Source: Armatimonadota bacterium
GTDB taxonomy: Bacteria > Armatimonadota > HRBIN16
Reading direction: 5' to 3'
Assembly: GCA_963677485.1 (NCBI GenBank)
Contig: OY781964.1
Span: forward strand, 3,264,001-3,328,000
DNA: 64,000 nt
Shown here: positions 31,250 through 41,089 of the stretch, piece by piece
Layout: each line of letters starts with the position of its first letter
Numbering within the stretch: position 1 is the stretch's first letter
Notes under the pieces: generated by a model
The model's input: only the letters and a program-made list of their open reading frames with translations
Database searches by the model: none
What the model was told of the DNA's origin: nothing
Position numbers and translations under genes: made by a program

Positions 31250-33555
31250 TGCCAACGGATGAACTGCTCAGCCACCAAGTCAGACACCGAATTCTCTATG
31301 TAGAGGATGACCGGGTCGACCAGATGGCTTTTAAGCGCTTGGTCAGAGATCAAGAACTGAACTATGACTATGTGATCGCTGGGTCAATAGCTGAAGCCAA
31401 AGAGGTGCTTGCGGTTTCCCAGTTTGATGTGGTTCTGACCGACTATTTCCTGGGTGACGGCACCGCCTTTGATATCATCGACCTCGTGAAAGAAACGCCC
31501 ATCATCTTCGCCACAGGTACCGGCGATGAGAAGGTGGCGGTGGAGGCGATGCGCAGGGGTGCGCGTGACTACCTGATCAAAGACCCTGACCGAAGCTACC
31601 TGACGGTTCTTCCGCTTACCGTTGATAAGGTGATTGAGGAGCGTAACCGCGACCGAGAACTGCGGATGCTGTCTCAAGCGATCAAGAGCATTCATGACAG
31701 CGTGTTTATTACAGACCTGAGCAATAGAATCATCTTTACCAACCGGGCGTTTTGTGAAACATATGGGTATGAAGAGACACAGATACTCGGTGCGAATACT
31801 TCGCTATTGTGGATGGACGAATCCGATAACGAGCTTGTCAATGACCGTTCTCGCATAGCTGAAGGTGAATATTACCATAAGCGAAGTAATGGAGAGAATT
31901 TCCCGGTGCTCCTTTCATGGTCATTTATCGAAGATCAGGAGCGTCAGCAGTTCGCTATCGTTGGGGTCTCACGCGATATCACTGAACGGAAGCAGGCCGA
32001 AATTGCGCTGCAGTCGAGTGAAGAGCGTTATAGGGCCATCGTTGAGGACCAGACGGAGATGATCTGCCGGTTCACACCAAACGGCACCTTGACATTCGTG
32101 AATGAGGCTTACTGCGACTACTTCCATCAACACAGGGATTCGTTGTTAGGCACGCAATTTGGTCCGCATCTACCTCACTCTGACGCTGAGACGCCCATAG
32201 AGGCACTTCAGCACTTCGGCCCGGCGAACCAGCAGGCCACATACGAAACGCATCAGTTAATCATCGATGGCGGTACGGAATGGCAGCAGTGGAAAATCCG
32301 CGTGTTACTTGATGACCATGGTGCGGTGGCCGAGTTCCAGGCCGTGGGACGGGATATCACAGAACGAAGACTAGCCGAAATCGCTTTAAGCGATACTGGC
32401 AGCCGCATTCAACAGACGCTGCTTTTAGGCCAGCCTCCAGTTGACTTAAAGGGCGTAGAGATCGCCAGCCTTACGGTGCCATCACTTGATGTTGACGGCG
32501 ACTTCTATGACTTCCACCGCTGGGATGCCTATGCATTTGATGTGGTGGTGGGTGATGTGATGGGTAAGGGGGTACCGGCTGCGCTGACTGGTGCGGCCAC
32601 GAAAAGCCAGTTCCCCAAGGCCATGACCACGATTCTGGCATCATCTGAACCAGGGATAATCCCCAGGGCAGACAGCATCGTGCAAAGCGTGCATGATCAG
32701 TTGTCGGAAAGACTGATCTCGCTGGAGACCTTCGTCACGGTCTGTTACGCACGATTTGACATGTTGCAGCGCAGCCTGACATACGTGGATTGCGGCCATA
32801 CCAGCACCGTGGTCTTTAGAGCGGCCACAGAGACCTGTGAGACCATCAGCGGTGACAACCTGGCATTTGGCTTTGTTCCGTATGAAGAGTATCATCAGTT
32901 CAAAACCTCACTTGCTGAGAACGACGTTTTTGTGTTCTACAGTGATGGAGTGACTGAAGCTCAAACCCCCGCGAATGAGCTGTATGGGCTGGATCGGCTG
33001 TTGCAGTTCGTATCAGAGCATGGTCGGTTGAGTGCAGAGCAGATCACTGAGGCACTTTACGAGCGCATCAAAGAGTGGACGGGTCAAGATAAATCAACGG
33101 ACGACCTGACATGTGTCGTTGTGAAGATCGGTGCACCGCCACTAGAGCCCGTCAGCCTGGTCAAGGAACTGAGCTTTAGCAGCACACTGGATTGTTTGGC
33201 TCAAGTCAGGCAGTTTGTGCATGATTTCGTCGTGCTGGATGCTGAAGCGCGTGATAAAGTAGACAATGTGGAGCTGGTGCTGACTGAAGCGGTGACGAAC
33301 GTGATCCGTCATGCATACAATGGTGTGGAGCAACAACCGGTCCGGCTAATAGCGAAACTGTATCCCACCTATATGGAGTGGCTGGTTCTACATAAGGGCG
33401 ATGATTTTGATCCTGGCAGCGTGAACCCGCCGACCTTTGACGGCTCTCGCGATGGCGGGTTTGGACTTTTCATCATCGATGAGCTGATGGACTATGTAGA
33501 CTACGATACGATGCAGGATGGGTGGCGATGCACCCGTATGATTAAACGTCGATAA
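31249..33555 (+). CDS. REC-PAS-PAS-SpoIIE(PP2C) phosphatase fused to an RsbW-type HATPase
   Basis: ILYVEDD; two PAS; DGDFYD, GDVMGKG, YSDGVTE, DDLT; EAVTNVIRHAY and GGFGLFII. Confidence 0.9.
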   Translation: MPTDELLSHQVRHRILYVEDDRVDQMAFKRLVRDQELNYDYVIAGSIAEAKEVLAVSQFDVVLTDYFLGDGTAFDIIDLVKETPIIFATGTGDEKVAVEAMRRGARDYLIKDPDRSYLTVLPLTVDKVIEERNRDRELRMLSQAIKSIHDSVFITDLSNRIIFTNRAFCETYGYEETQILGANTSLLWMDESDNELVNDRSRIAEGEYYHKRSNGENFPVLLSWSFIEDQERQQFAIVGVSRDITERKQAEIALQSSEERYRAIVEDQTEMICRFTPNGTLTFVNEAYCDYFHQHRDSLLGTQFGPHLPHSDAETPIEALQHFGPANQQATYETHQLIIDGGTEWQQWKIRVLLDDHGAVAEFQAVGRDITERRLAEIALSDTGSRIQQTLLLGQPPVDLKGVEIASLTVPSLDVDGDFYDFHRWDAYAFDVVVGDVMGKGVPAALTGAATKSQFPKAMTTILASSEPGIIPRADSIVQSVHDQLSERLISLETFVTVCYARFDMLQRSLTYVDCGHTSTVVFRAATETCETISGDNLAFGFVPYEEYHQFKTSLAENDVFVFYSDGVTEAQTPANELYGLDRLLQFVSEHGRLSAEQITEALYERIKEWTGQDKSTDDLTCVVVKIGAPPLEPVSLVKELSFSSTLDCLAQVRQFVHDFVVLDAEARDKVDNVELVLTEAVTNVIRHAYNGVEQQPVRLIAKLYPTYMEWLVLHKGDDFDPGSVNPPTFDGSRDGGFGLFIIDELMDYVDYDTMQDGWRCTRMIKRR

Positions 33556-33615
33556 GCGAACAAGATGCCTTTTGCGATCCTAAGGCAGCGTCCCATATAA
33601 CTCGGAGGTAACAAC

Positions 33616-33948
33616 ATGAACCTGAGCGTAACAAAGAGTGGCGAAATCGCCATCGTTGAGATCCCTGGCGACCACCTGGATGCCGGAAATGTTAAAGAGT
33701 TCAAGCGTGAAATCACGCAGGTGCTCAATGACAACAAAAAAGTGATTTTCGATTTTGGGCAGCTTCGCTTCGTCGACAGTTCTGGGCTGGGTGCGATACT
33801 CTCCAGCTTGCGGACCCTCAATGCCGCCGGCGGTGACTTGAAACTAGCAGCACTCAGCAAGGGCGTACGGGCTCTATTCGAGCTGGTGCGTATGCACCGG
33901 ATATTTGACATCTTCAATACCGTTGATGAGGCCGTCAAGGCGTTCTAA
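33616..33948 (+). CDS. STAS anti-anti-sigma factor (RsbV/SpoIIAA-like)
   Basis: GDHLDA; FVDSSGLG with the phosphorylatable Ser; GGAGG RBS. Confidence 0.92.
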   Translation: MNLSVTKSGEIAIVEIPGDHLDAGNVKEFKREITQVLNDNKKVIFDFGQLRFVDSSGLGAILSSLRTLNAAGGDLKLAALSKGVRALFELVRMHRIFDIFNTVDEAVKAF

Positions 33949-33957
33949 GGGGGCGAA

Positions 33958-35127
33958 ATGCGGATTTCGCTTTTTGTATTCATTGATGCGTTTGGATGGG
34001 AGATACTGAAACAACACCGCTTCCTGGAGGAAAGTCTGCCTTATAGACAACCTCTAGGGACGGTGTTTGGATACAGCTCGACCTGCGACCCTACGATCAT
34101 CACTGGGGTGTTACCCCGAGAACATGGGCATTTTTCGTTCTTTGTGTATGATCCCAAGAAGTCACCTTTCAAATGGCTTAAGCTGCTGAAGGTGCTTCCC
34201 GGCAGTTTGACGGATCGGGGGCGCGTGCGTCACATCATCAGTAAGCTGGTGCAGAAGTTTTACCGCTACACCGGCTATTTCGAACTGTATGGTGTGCCGT
34301 TTGAGCTGCTTCCTCAATACGACTACACAGAAAAGTCAGATATTTACTTCCCCGGTGGCATCAATGGGGGACAAAAGACCATCTTCGACCTCATGCGCAA
34401 GGACAACAAAGCGTTCAGCCTGAGCGACTGGCGCAAGGGCGAAGAAGAGAATCTGTCGCGTCTGGAAGCTGACATCCAGGCGGGCGAAATCCGGTTTGCA
34501 TATCTGTATATGGCGGCCATGGACGCGACCCTGCACGCCGATGGCACCCACAGCGAGCGGGTCACGCAGAAAATCGCCTGGTATGAGCTGCAGTTGAAGC
34601 GCATCTATGAACTGGCCAAAAAGCACTACGACGATGTGCGTATCACGGTCTTTTCCGACCACGGTATGACCAATATCCGCGAAACTTGCGACCTCATCAA
34701 GCTCATCGAAAACACCGGTCTGGTGTTTGGCGAAGATTACGCCGCGATGTATGACAGCACCATGGCGCGTTTCTGGTTCCTGAAGCCCAGCAGTCAGTTG
34801 ATAATCGAAAATGCACTGGAGGCCAACACGCAGGGACGGATTCTCTCACAGGAAGAGCTGCACGAGTGGGGCGTGGACTTTCCAGACGATCGATATGGTG
34901 ACCTCATCTTCGTGATGAACCCGCACGTGCTGCTGTGCCCCAGCTTCATGGGGAAAGCACCATTAAAGGGGATGCATGGTTTTGAGCCGACACATGCCGA
35001 CTCCGTGGCGATGCTCTGCAGCAACCATGAGCCCGAGCGCAAACCAAAGCGGCTGGAAGATATGTATGCATTGATGAAGAGCCAAATCCAGTGGGCCTGG
35101 GAAGAGATACCGTCGAAGGTAGACTAG
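33958..35127 (+). CDS. alkaline phosphatase superfamily / nucleotide pyrophosphatase-phosphodiesterase
   Basis: FIDAFG, TG..PREHG, D...H, FSDHGM, GMHG. Confidence 0.85.
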   Translation: MRISLFVFIDAFGWEILKQHRFLEESLPYRQPLGTVFGYSSTCDPTIITGVLPREHGHFSFFVYDPKKSPFKWLKLLKVLPGSLTDRGRVRHIISKLVQKFYRYTGYFELYGVPFELLPQYDYTEKSDIYFPGGINGGQKTIFDLMRKDNKAFSLSDWRKGEEENLSRLEADIQAGEIRFAYLYMAAMDATLHADGTHSERVTQKIAWYELQLKRIYELAKKHYDDVRITVFSDHGMTNIRETCDLIKLIENTGLVFGEDYAAMYDSTMARFWFLKPSSQLIIENALEANTQGRILSQEELHEWGVDFPDDRYGDLIFVMNPHVLLCPSFMGKAPLKGMHGFEPTHADSVAMLCSNHEPERKPKRLEDMYALMKSQIQWAWEEIPSKVD

Positions 35128-35312
35128 GCAGCGGATGGTTGCGAACGCCGATGGCACGTAGCCATGGCGGTGGTTGGGTGAGTGGTAGCCCACCGCCACG
35201 CGCTAAAGCACATGGCTATTGACCTGCCAAGCCTGCTGAAGCAGGCTGAGGGCTTCGCCCTTTAGGTGGTTGACAGGTTTATCAGACTGCTTCAGCAGTC
35301 TTGTAAGTAACT

Positions 35313-35400
35313 GGTCGTAGGGGCGTCCCTTGTGGGCGCCCTAAACATAATCATCGAGTAAACAACGATTAGGGCGCCCACAAGGGACGCCCCTACGACC
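35313..35400. repeat. GTAG-class REP doublet (REPIN) with a perfect 32-bp inverted repeat
   Basis: GGTCGTAGGGGCGTCCCTTGTGGGCGCCCTAA (35313-35344) and its exact reverse complement (35369-35400). Confidence 0.88.
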
Positions 35401-35622
35401 GTATCCGTTACAGGATAGGCTGCCGTGCCAGCACGGGCGGTTGCTTGTTGATCAATAGCCGAGACATTTATGTCGCGGAATCGAAGGCCATATACCCCCT
35501 ATCTATTGGTGGGTAATAGACTGTCCCAAAGACCGTGGCTATCGACCTGCCAAGCATGCCGACACCGCGGGCTAATTTGCGGTATATCGCATATACCTGT
35601 GTTTATATAGTGGGGTAAAACA

Positions 35623-36678
35623 ATGAATATCGTGGTGACGGGCGGGGCCGGCTTTATCGGGGCCAATTTCTTAAACCTGCTGGTGCCGCGGTTGCCGCAG
35701 CACCAGTTTATGAATGTAGACAAGCTGACATACGCCGCCAACCTGCTGAGTTTGAAACCCATCATGGACGCTCCCAACTACCAGTTTTGCCGTGTGGACA
35801 TCGCCGATGCCACGGCGGTCAACGCACTGTTTGAGGGGCATCAGGTTGATCTGGTCGTCCACTTCGCGGCCGAAAGTCATGTCGACCGCAGCATCGTCAG
35901 CCCGGGGGATTTTATCCAGACCAACATCGTAGGCACCTTCAATCTGCTGGAAGCGTGCCGAAAGCAGTGGAAAAGCTGGGAAGGTAAGCTGTTCCACCAT
36001 GTCAGCACCGATGAGGTGTTTGGTAGCCTTGGTGACAGCGGCTATTTCACCGAGGAGACGCGTTATGACCCCAGCAGCCCCTACTCCGCCAGTAAAGCCT
36101 CCAGTGACCATTTGGTGCGAGCCTACGGGCGCACTTACGGAATGCCCTTCAAACTGACCAACTGCAGCAACAACTACGGCCCGCTTCAGTTTCCTGAGAA
36201 GCTGATCCCGTTGATGATCCAAAATGCTTTGACGGGCAAACCGCTGCCGGTGTATGGCCAAGGTCTGAACGTGCGTGACTGGCTCTACGTGGGCGACCAC
36301 TGTGAAGCGATCTGGAGCGTGATTGAACACGGCGCAGTGGGTGAGAGTTATAACATCGGTGGGCACAACGAGAAGAAGAACATCGAAGTGGTTCATGCCA
36401 TCTGTCAGGCTCTGGCGGACGAAACCGGCAAGCCGCTGGATGAGTTCACGAAGCTGATTACGTATGTCACCGATCGGCCTGGCCATGACCTGCGGTATGC
36501 CATTGACCCCAGCCGTATGATGAACGAGCTGGGCTGGAAGCCCGCCGAGAGCTTTGAGACCGGCCTGCGTAAGACAGTGCGGTGGTATCTTGATAACCAA
36601 GCATGGGTAGAGAGCATTCAAACCGGTGAGTATATACGCTGGATGGAACAAAACTACGGAAGCAGGGGAGACGTATAG
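35623..36678 (+). CDS. rfbB: dTDP-glucose 4,6-dehydratase
   Basis: [54 protein letters not shown]. Confidence 0.96.
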   Translation: MNIVVTGGAGFIGANFLNLLVPRLPQHQFMNVDKLTYAANLLSLKPIMDAPNYQFCRVDIADATAVNALFEGHQVDLVVHFAAESHVDRSIVSPGDFIQTNIVGTFNLLEACRKQWKSWEGKLFHHVSTDEVFGSLGDSGYFTEETRYDPSSPYSASKASSDHLVRAYGRTYGMPFKLTNCSNNYGPLQFPEKLIPLMIQNALTGKPLPVYGQGLNVRDWLYVGDHCEAIWSVIEHGAVGESYNIGGHNEKKNIEVVHAICQALADETGKPLDEFTKLITYVTDRPGHDLRYAIDPSRMMNELGWKPAESFETGLRKTVRWYLDNQAWVESIQTGEYIRWMEQNYGSRGDV

Positions 36679-36680
36679 TC

Positions 36681-37565
36681 ATGATCAAAAAAGGCATTAT
36701 TCTGGCCGGAGGATCGGGCACACGCCTGTATCCGCTCACTCGGGTGGTCAGTAAACAACTGATGCCCATCTATAACAAACCGCTGATTTATTACCCGCTG
36801 TGCAGCCTATTGCTGGCCGGGATCACCGAGGTTCTGGTGATCAACACCCCTGAGGACAGCGCGCTGTTTCAGAGGCTGTTAGGCGATGGTTCGGAGTGGG
36901 GCATCAAGATCGAATATGCCGTGCAGCCTGCCCCAGAGGGTCTAGCCCAGGCGTTCATCATCGGTGAGGATTTTATCGGCGGTGAGGGCTGTGCGCTGGT
37001 GCTGGGCGACAACATCTTCTTTGGCCACGGTCTGCCCGAGCAGCTTATTAAAGCCACCGCGCAGCCCCAGGGGGCCACTGTCTTTGCCTATTACGTACGT
37101 GACCCTCAGCGTTATGGCGTGGTGGAGTTTGATGCCGATGGCAAGGCCATCAGCATTGAAGAGAAGCCGATCAAACCACGGAGCAACTGGGCGGTGACCG
37201 GCCTCTACTTCTATGACAAGCGCGTGGTGGAGATCGCCAAAAACCTGAAGCCCAGCCCCCGCGGCGAGCTGGAGATTACCGATGTGAATGCCACCTACCT
37301 GCAGATGGGGGAGTTGAGCGTGCAGAAGCTGGGACGCGGGATCGCTTGGCTGGACACCGGTACCCACGAGTCATTACTGCAGGCCGCTGATTTTGTGCAG
37401 ACGGTCGAAGAGCGGCAGGGCATGATGATCTGCTGCCCGGAGGAGATCGCCTGGCGCAAGGGGCTCATCAGCGATGAACAGTTGCGTAAACTGGCCGCTC
37501 CGCTGGCGAAGAACGACTACGGCCACTATCTACTAGAGATGGTCGACAGGGGGATACACGGATGA
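36681..37565 (+). CDS. rfbA: glucose-1-phosphate thymidylyltransferase
   Basis: [42 protein letters not shown]. Confidence 0.96.
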   Translation: MIKKGIILAGGSGTRLYPLTRVVSKQLMPIYNKPLIYYPLCSLLLAGITEVLVINTPEDSALFQRLLGDGSEWGIKIEYAVQPAPEGLAQAFIIGEDFIGGEGCALVLGDNIFFGHGLPEQLIKATAQPQGATVFAYYVRDPQRYGVVEFDADGKAISIEEKPIKPRSNWAVTGLYFYDKRVVEIAKNLKPSPRGELEITDVNATYLQMGELSVQKLGRGIAWLDTGTHESLLQAADFVQTVEERQGMMICCPEEIAWRKGLISDEQLRKLAAPLAKNDYGHYLLEMVDRGIHG

Positions 37566-38113
37566 ACATCATCGAAACGCCCATCCCCGGTGCCGTGGTG
37601 ATTGAGCCGAAAGTGTTCGGTGACGCCCGTGGGTTCTTCTTTGAGAGCTACAGCCAGCAGCGGTATTCGGAACACGGTCTGAACGTGTCGTTCGTGCAGG
37701 ACAATGTCTCCTTCAGCCGCCGCGGTGTGTTGCGAGGTCTGCACTTTCAAAAGCCGTTTACTCAGACCAAACTTGTACAGGTGCTGCAGGGCGAGGTTTT
37801 TGATGTGGCGGTGGACTTGCGCGTGAGCTCGCCGGCGTTCGGAAAGTGGCATGGCGTGCTGCTCACCGCAGAGGCACACAACCAGTTCTACGTGCCGCAA
37901 GGATGCGCCCACGGCTTTGTGGTGCTCAGCGAAACCGCGCTGTTCAGCTACAAGTGCGATGATTACTACCATCCCGAGTGCGAGGGCGGCGTCATCTGGA
38001 ACGACCCCGAGATCGGCATTATCTGGCCCATCACCGACGTCCAGCTCAGCGAGAAGGACACCAAGCTGCCGCGCTTGAGTCAATTGCCAACGGAGCGGCT
38101 GTTCCGGTTTTAG
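37562..38113 (+). CDS. rfbC: dTDP-4-dehydrorhamnose 3,5-epimerase
   Basis: [37 protein letters not shown]. Confidence 0.96.
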   Translation: MNIIETPIPGAVVIEPKVFGDARGFFFESYSQQRYSEHGLNVSFVQDNVSFSRRGVLRGLHFQKPFTQTKLVQVLQGEVFDVAVDLRVSSPAFGKWHGVLLTAEAHNQFYVPQGCAHGFVVLSETALFSYKCDDYYHPECEGGVIWNDPEIGIIWPITDVQLSEKDTKLPRLSQLPTERLFRF

Positions 38114-38280
38114 GGGATTCATCTCACGCGGCACCGCAGGTGACGACGCGGAGGGGGTTTTATCCACAGATTACGCAGATTGCGCAGATTAGGTAGTGTC
38201 CGGGCGGTTTTTCGGCACACACGCGCTTCGACAATACAGGTAAATGGATATACGGTAAGGTTTGTAGATACTGTGGCTTT

Positions 38281-38286
38281 TGTCAA
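38281..38286 (-). promoter_or_regulatory. outward-facing -35 box (TTGACA) at the IS110 right end
   Basis: Lies exactly 17 bp from TACGCT (40075-40070) once the ends are joined at the CT core. Confidence 0.75.
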
Positions 38287-38538
38287 GTCCCCAGGGGCAA
38301 ATCTGGGGATTTGGACCTGAATATCAGACACTGGCTCTAGACCACGTAGAATAACGTTAATGTGATGTTTGTGGCATATAGACCAAACCTGGATCCGCGA
38401 CAGAAACAGGCTCAGATGGCATCAGTTGGTCCGTAGCACCTCACATGACGCTCGGAGTCGCGAACGGACGTGCGACATCTTCGTGGCTTCGAAAGATATC
38501 GTTATGCTTCGATGCGTGCTATCGGCAGACTGCCGCAG

Positions 38539-39831
38539 CTAGGATACTGGTGTCAGAACCCTCGGTTTGTTGCCCACCCGACTGCGCGATGGCCGGTTTC
38601 GGGATGCGGGCCGACCACCGCCGGCAGGAGTGGGCTCATTGGTGGGATTTCCATCCACGCATCCCCGTCTTGGAACGCTCACGTCCAGCCCAGGATCATT
38701 GCCTACACCGGCTATATCATGGGCCGCTCCGGCACGATCCTGGACATGTCCGTTCGCGTCGGTCAGCGGTTGCTGGTTGGCCGCATTTGAAGCTTGTTCG
38801 ATGCCGAAGTTTGGATCATATGGCTGACGGCTGATTAATACCGACCACATGAGCACCAGCTGCTTGCGCATGATTGCGCGCCGGACAACTCGCTTGGACT
38901 TCGGTTTCTTATTGGGATTCTTTACCAAATTCGGATGCTGCAGTTCCTTCACGAAGTCGTGCATGCTCTGGCCAAGCTTTTTCGACTTACCGTTGACCAT
39001 CTTCACCACAGTGCTCGATCCACAGTAGAGTAATGTCCGCATATATCGGTCACCCATCTTGGATATGGAGCCGTCGTATGTCTTGCAGCTTCCTGACCGT
39101 TGCGGGCAGGGGTTCATTCCGAAATAGCGCGCGACCGCTTTCGATGTTTCAAATCGTTTAGCATCACCGATTTTCGCAAGGAAATAGCTTGCTGTGACGT
39201 CGCCGATACCCGGAATGCTCTTCAGCAGAGCCATATCTTCGGTCATCTGCGGTGAACTCATCACAAGCTCTTTGATCTGAACATCAAGCTTTTTGATGCC
39301 CATGTCATGAAAAGCGATCATCTCGTCCAGCACTGTGCTCCGCGTAAGCCGACAGCTTTGGCGCTGGGCGATCGCCTGTCTGTGTTGCACCAGCATACGG
39401 CGGTCATTGGTGTAACCAATAAGCGCATCATAGCATGCTAGACGAGGGACATAGAGTGAGACATTGTGACTTTTCACATAGTCAGCGATTAGCACGCTGT
39501 CAGAGCAGTCCGTCTTTTGTTCCCAGCCTTTGGCTTTGCGGTGATAGAGAACCCGTTTTGGCTCCAGTTGGACAGCATCGTGCTGGTGCTCGTAGAGGTA
39601 ATCAAGCAGCGGTCGGCTGTAAGGCCCGGTGGCTTCAGCCGCATACAAGGCGGGAGTTCGGGTAAGCTTCTTCACCCATGACAACAACTCCTTGTATCCG
39701 GCCTTGTTGTTCTTGAACTCCTTATGGTCTATCGGCTTGTGCGATGAACCTAATACAGACGCGTCAAACGTCAATTTCGAGATGTCGATCCCGACATAAT
39801 GGATGTAGATTTTGTCTTCAACTTCGTGCAT
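38539..39831 (-). CDS. IS110 DEDD recombinase/transposase
   Basis: YVGIDISK, EATG and KTDCSD (DEDD tetrad); SIPGIG, GMNPCPQRSG (catalytic Ser), ISKMGDRYMR; likely ATG at 39831 after GGAG. Confidence 0.95.
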   Translation of the reverse strand: MHEVEDKIYIHYVGIDISKLTFDASVLGSSHKPIDHKEFKNNKAGYKELLSWVKKLTRTPALYAAEATGPYSRPLLDYLYEHQHDAVQLEPKRVLYHRKAKGWEQKTDCSDSVLIADYVKSHNVSLYVPRLACYDALIGYTNDRRMLVQHRQAIAQRQSCRLTRSTVLDEMIAFHDMGIKKLDVQIKELVMSSPQMTEDMALLKSIPGIGDVTASYFLAKIGDAKRFETSKAVARYFGMNPCPQRSGSCKTYDGSISKMGDRYMRTLLYCGSSTVVKMVNGKSKKLGQSMHDFVKELQHPNLVKNPNKKPKSKRVVRRAIMRKQLVLMWSVLISRQPYDPNFGIEQASNAANQQPLTDANGHVQDRAGAAHDIAGVGNDPGLDVSVPRRGCVDGNPTNEPTPAGGGRPASRNRPSRSRVGNKPRVLTPVS

Positions 39832-39864
39832 GTGGTAATCTCCAGTTGGTAGTGATTGATGGTG

Positions 39865-40063
39865 CAATCAACCAAATCAGCCTAGCGAACACGGGGTTTT
39901 CTCCCAAGATACTGTTCGATATGGGTTGATTGGGAGAAGGATGCCTATCTACGTCACGGTGTTTTCCACCAGGGGCGGTTCCGGCATCCAATCCTTCTCC
40001 TTCACCCCCAGCTAAGGGGTGAGATTAGCTCCCCGACTGCTTTTGGTGTCCGGGGAGCTCACC
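39865..40063 (-). ncRNA. predicted IS110 bridge RNA
   Basis: 5' hairpin at 40027-40060; target loop closed by GGAGAAGGAT/ATCCTTCTCC with guides ACCGCCCCT and CGTAG; donor loop closed by CAATCAACC/GGTTGATTG with guides ACAGTATCT and CTAG; the guides match the element's own flanks and junction. Confidence 0.85.
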
Positions 40064-40433
40064 ATATATAGCGTACTAGGGGCGGTTCGAGAACCGCCCT
40101 TCTTGCGTCGAGGGGTAGCCACGCCCCTGGCGGTTGGCATAGGGAATATCATCCACGGATGACGCAGATTACACAGATTAGGTCATGACCGGGGCGGTTT
40201 CTCAGAGCACTATCAAACGCCCTGCAGCCCGTCTCCGGCGCGGTCTGGCGGACAGCCCGTTGCCGATGCCCCTGGCGTCAGGATACCCGTTGACAACCAA
40301 CACTTAAAAGGGTGTAACTAGACAGAGCAGACAAGCATAGCCATATCTCACTTGCGACAAACTAACGACAGCAAAACATCGATCAAAGCTGATCTTTGCA
40401 CCACTTTCAGTAACTACCAGGAGATATATCATT

Positions 40434-41057
40434 TTGAAAAACTTACCTACAGGAACAATCAGGCGTGCAAGAATAATGATCCCGATTGTCGCATTGTGCT
40501 TGATATGGCTCATCTATCATTCGTTGAGTGTACGTATATTTATTGATTTTCCAGGTGGTTATACTCTTTATAACAATGACTATGGCTTGACGATGACATA
40601 TGGATTGAAACCACAAAACAGAGATAGTGATACTAAGAATTGGCCTTATATCATGAGGATCGGCCCTAACATCGGCGGTTATCACGTCTACTCTAATGTA
40701 GTCGTAGGTATTATCACTTCATATGAGAGAGAGGATGATTACATCCGTGTCGGGTTCTCCGATATAGGGTGTGAAAGAAGGAAGGGCTACTTCATCATGG
40801 ATATCATCCACAAGAAAGTCTATGGTGGCCTAAGCAAGCGGGACTGGCTGGAGAAGCTGAAAACATACGGGATCACCACGGAACCAGCGTTGCATGAGCC
40901 CCACTGGTTGGACGAGTACTTCGGCGGAACAAACCATCAGATGCTCCTGGGCGATAGGCGAGTAGCTCCAGAGCATGAAGGATTCTGCCCTCGCTTGCTG
41001 GAAGCAGTTAATTGTGTTGGGATAACCATACTGTGCTATGGCCATATGACCGCCTAA
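40434..41057 (+). CDS. hypothetical exported/membrane-anchored protein, paralog 1 (3' frameshift extension)
   Basis: N-terminal TM; FPGGY, IGPN..GY.VYSN..VGI, GYFI.D and GGLSKRDWL shared with the next gene; low GC. Confidence 0.7.
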   Translation: MKNLPTGTIRRARIMIPIVALCLIWLIYHSLSVRIFIDFPGGYTLYNNDYGLTMTYGLKPQNRDSDTKNWPYIMRIGPNIGGYHVYSNVVVGIITSYEREDDYIRVGFSDIGCERRKGYFIMDIIHKKVYGGLSKRDWLEKLKTYGITTEPALHEPHWLDEYFGGTNHQMLLGDRRVAPEHEGFCPRLLEAVNCVGITILCYGHMTA

Positions 41058-41089
41058 GATCGTAGTCTCGAGGTTGCAATTACATAAAT

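Larger units (their letters stand above)
38266..40079 (-). mobile_element. complete IS110-family element (IS621-like, CT core) inserted in a GTAG REP
   Basis: Core CT on the minus strand (AG on plus) at 38266-67 and 40078-79; removing the element restores GTAGGGGCGGTTCGAGAACCGCCC; the joined ends give TTGACA-N17-TACGCT. Confidence 0.88.

Noticed and set aside
35671-36651. 326-aa antisense ORF
   Set aside because: Shadow of the clearly conserved rfbB on the opposite strand; no motifs
40070-40071. Alternative IS110 left boundary at the CT before ATATAT
   Set aside because: The core at 40078-79 matches both RNA guides, restores the REP and gives a 17-bp promoter spacer; this site does none of these
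38160-40200. Similar sequences at 38160-38210 and 40150-40200 read as IS target-site duplication or terminal repeats
   Set aside because: They lie outside the inferred IS ends, are imperfect and belong to the dispersed micro-repeat/REP families; IS110 elements do not make long duplications
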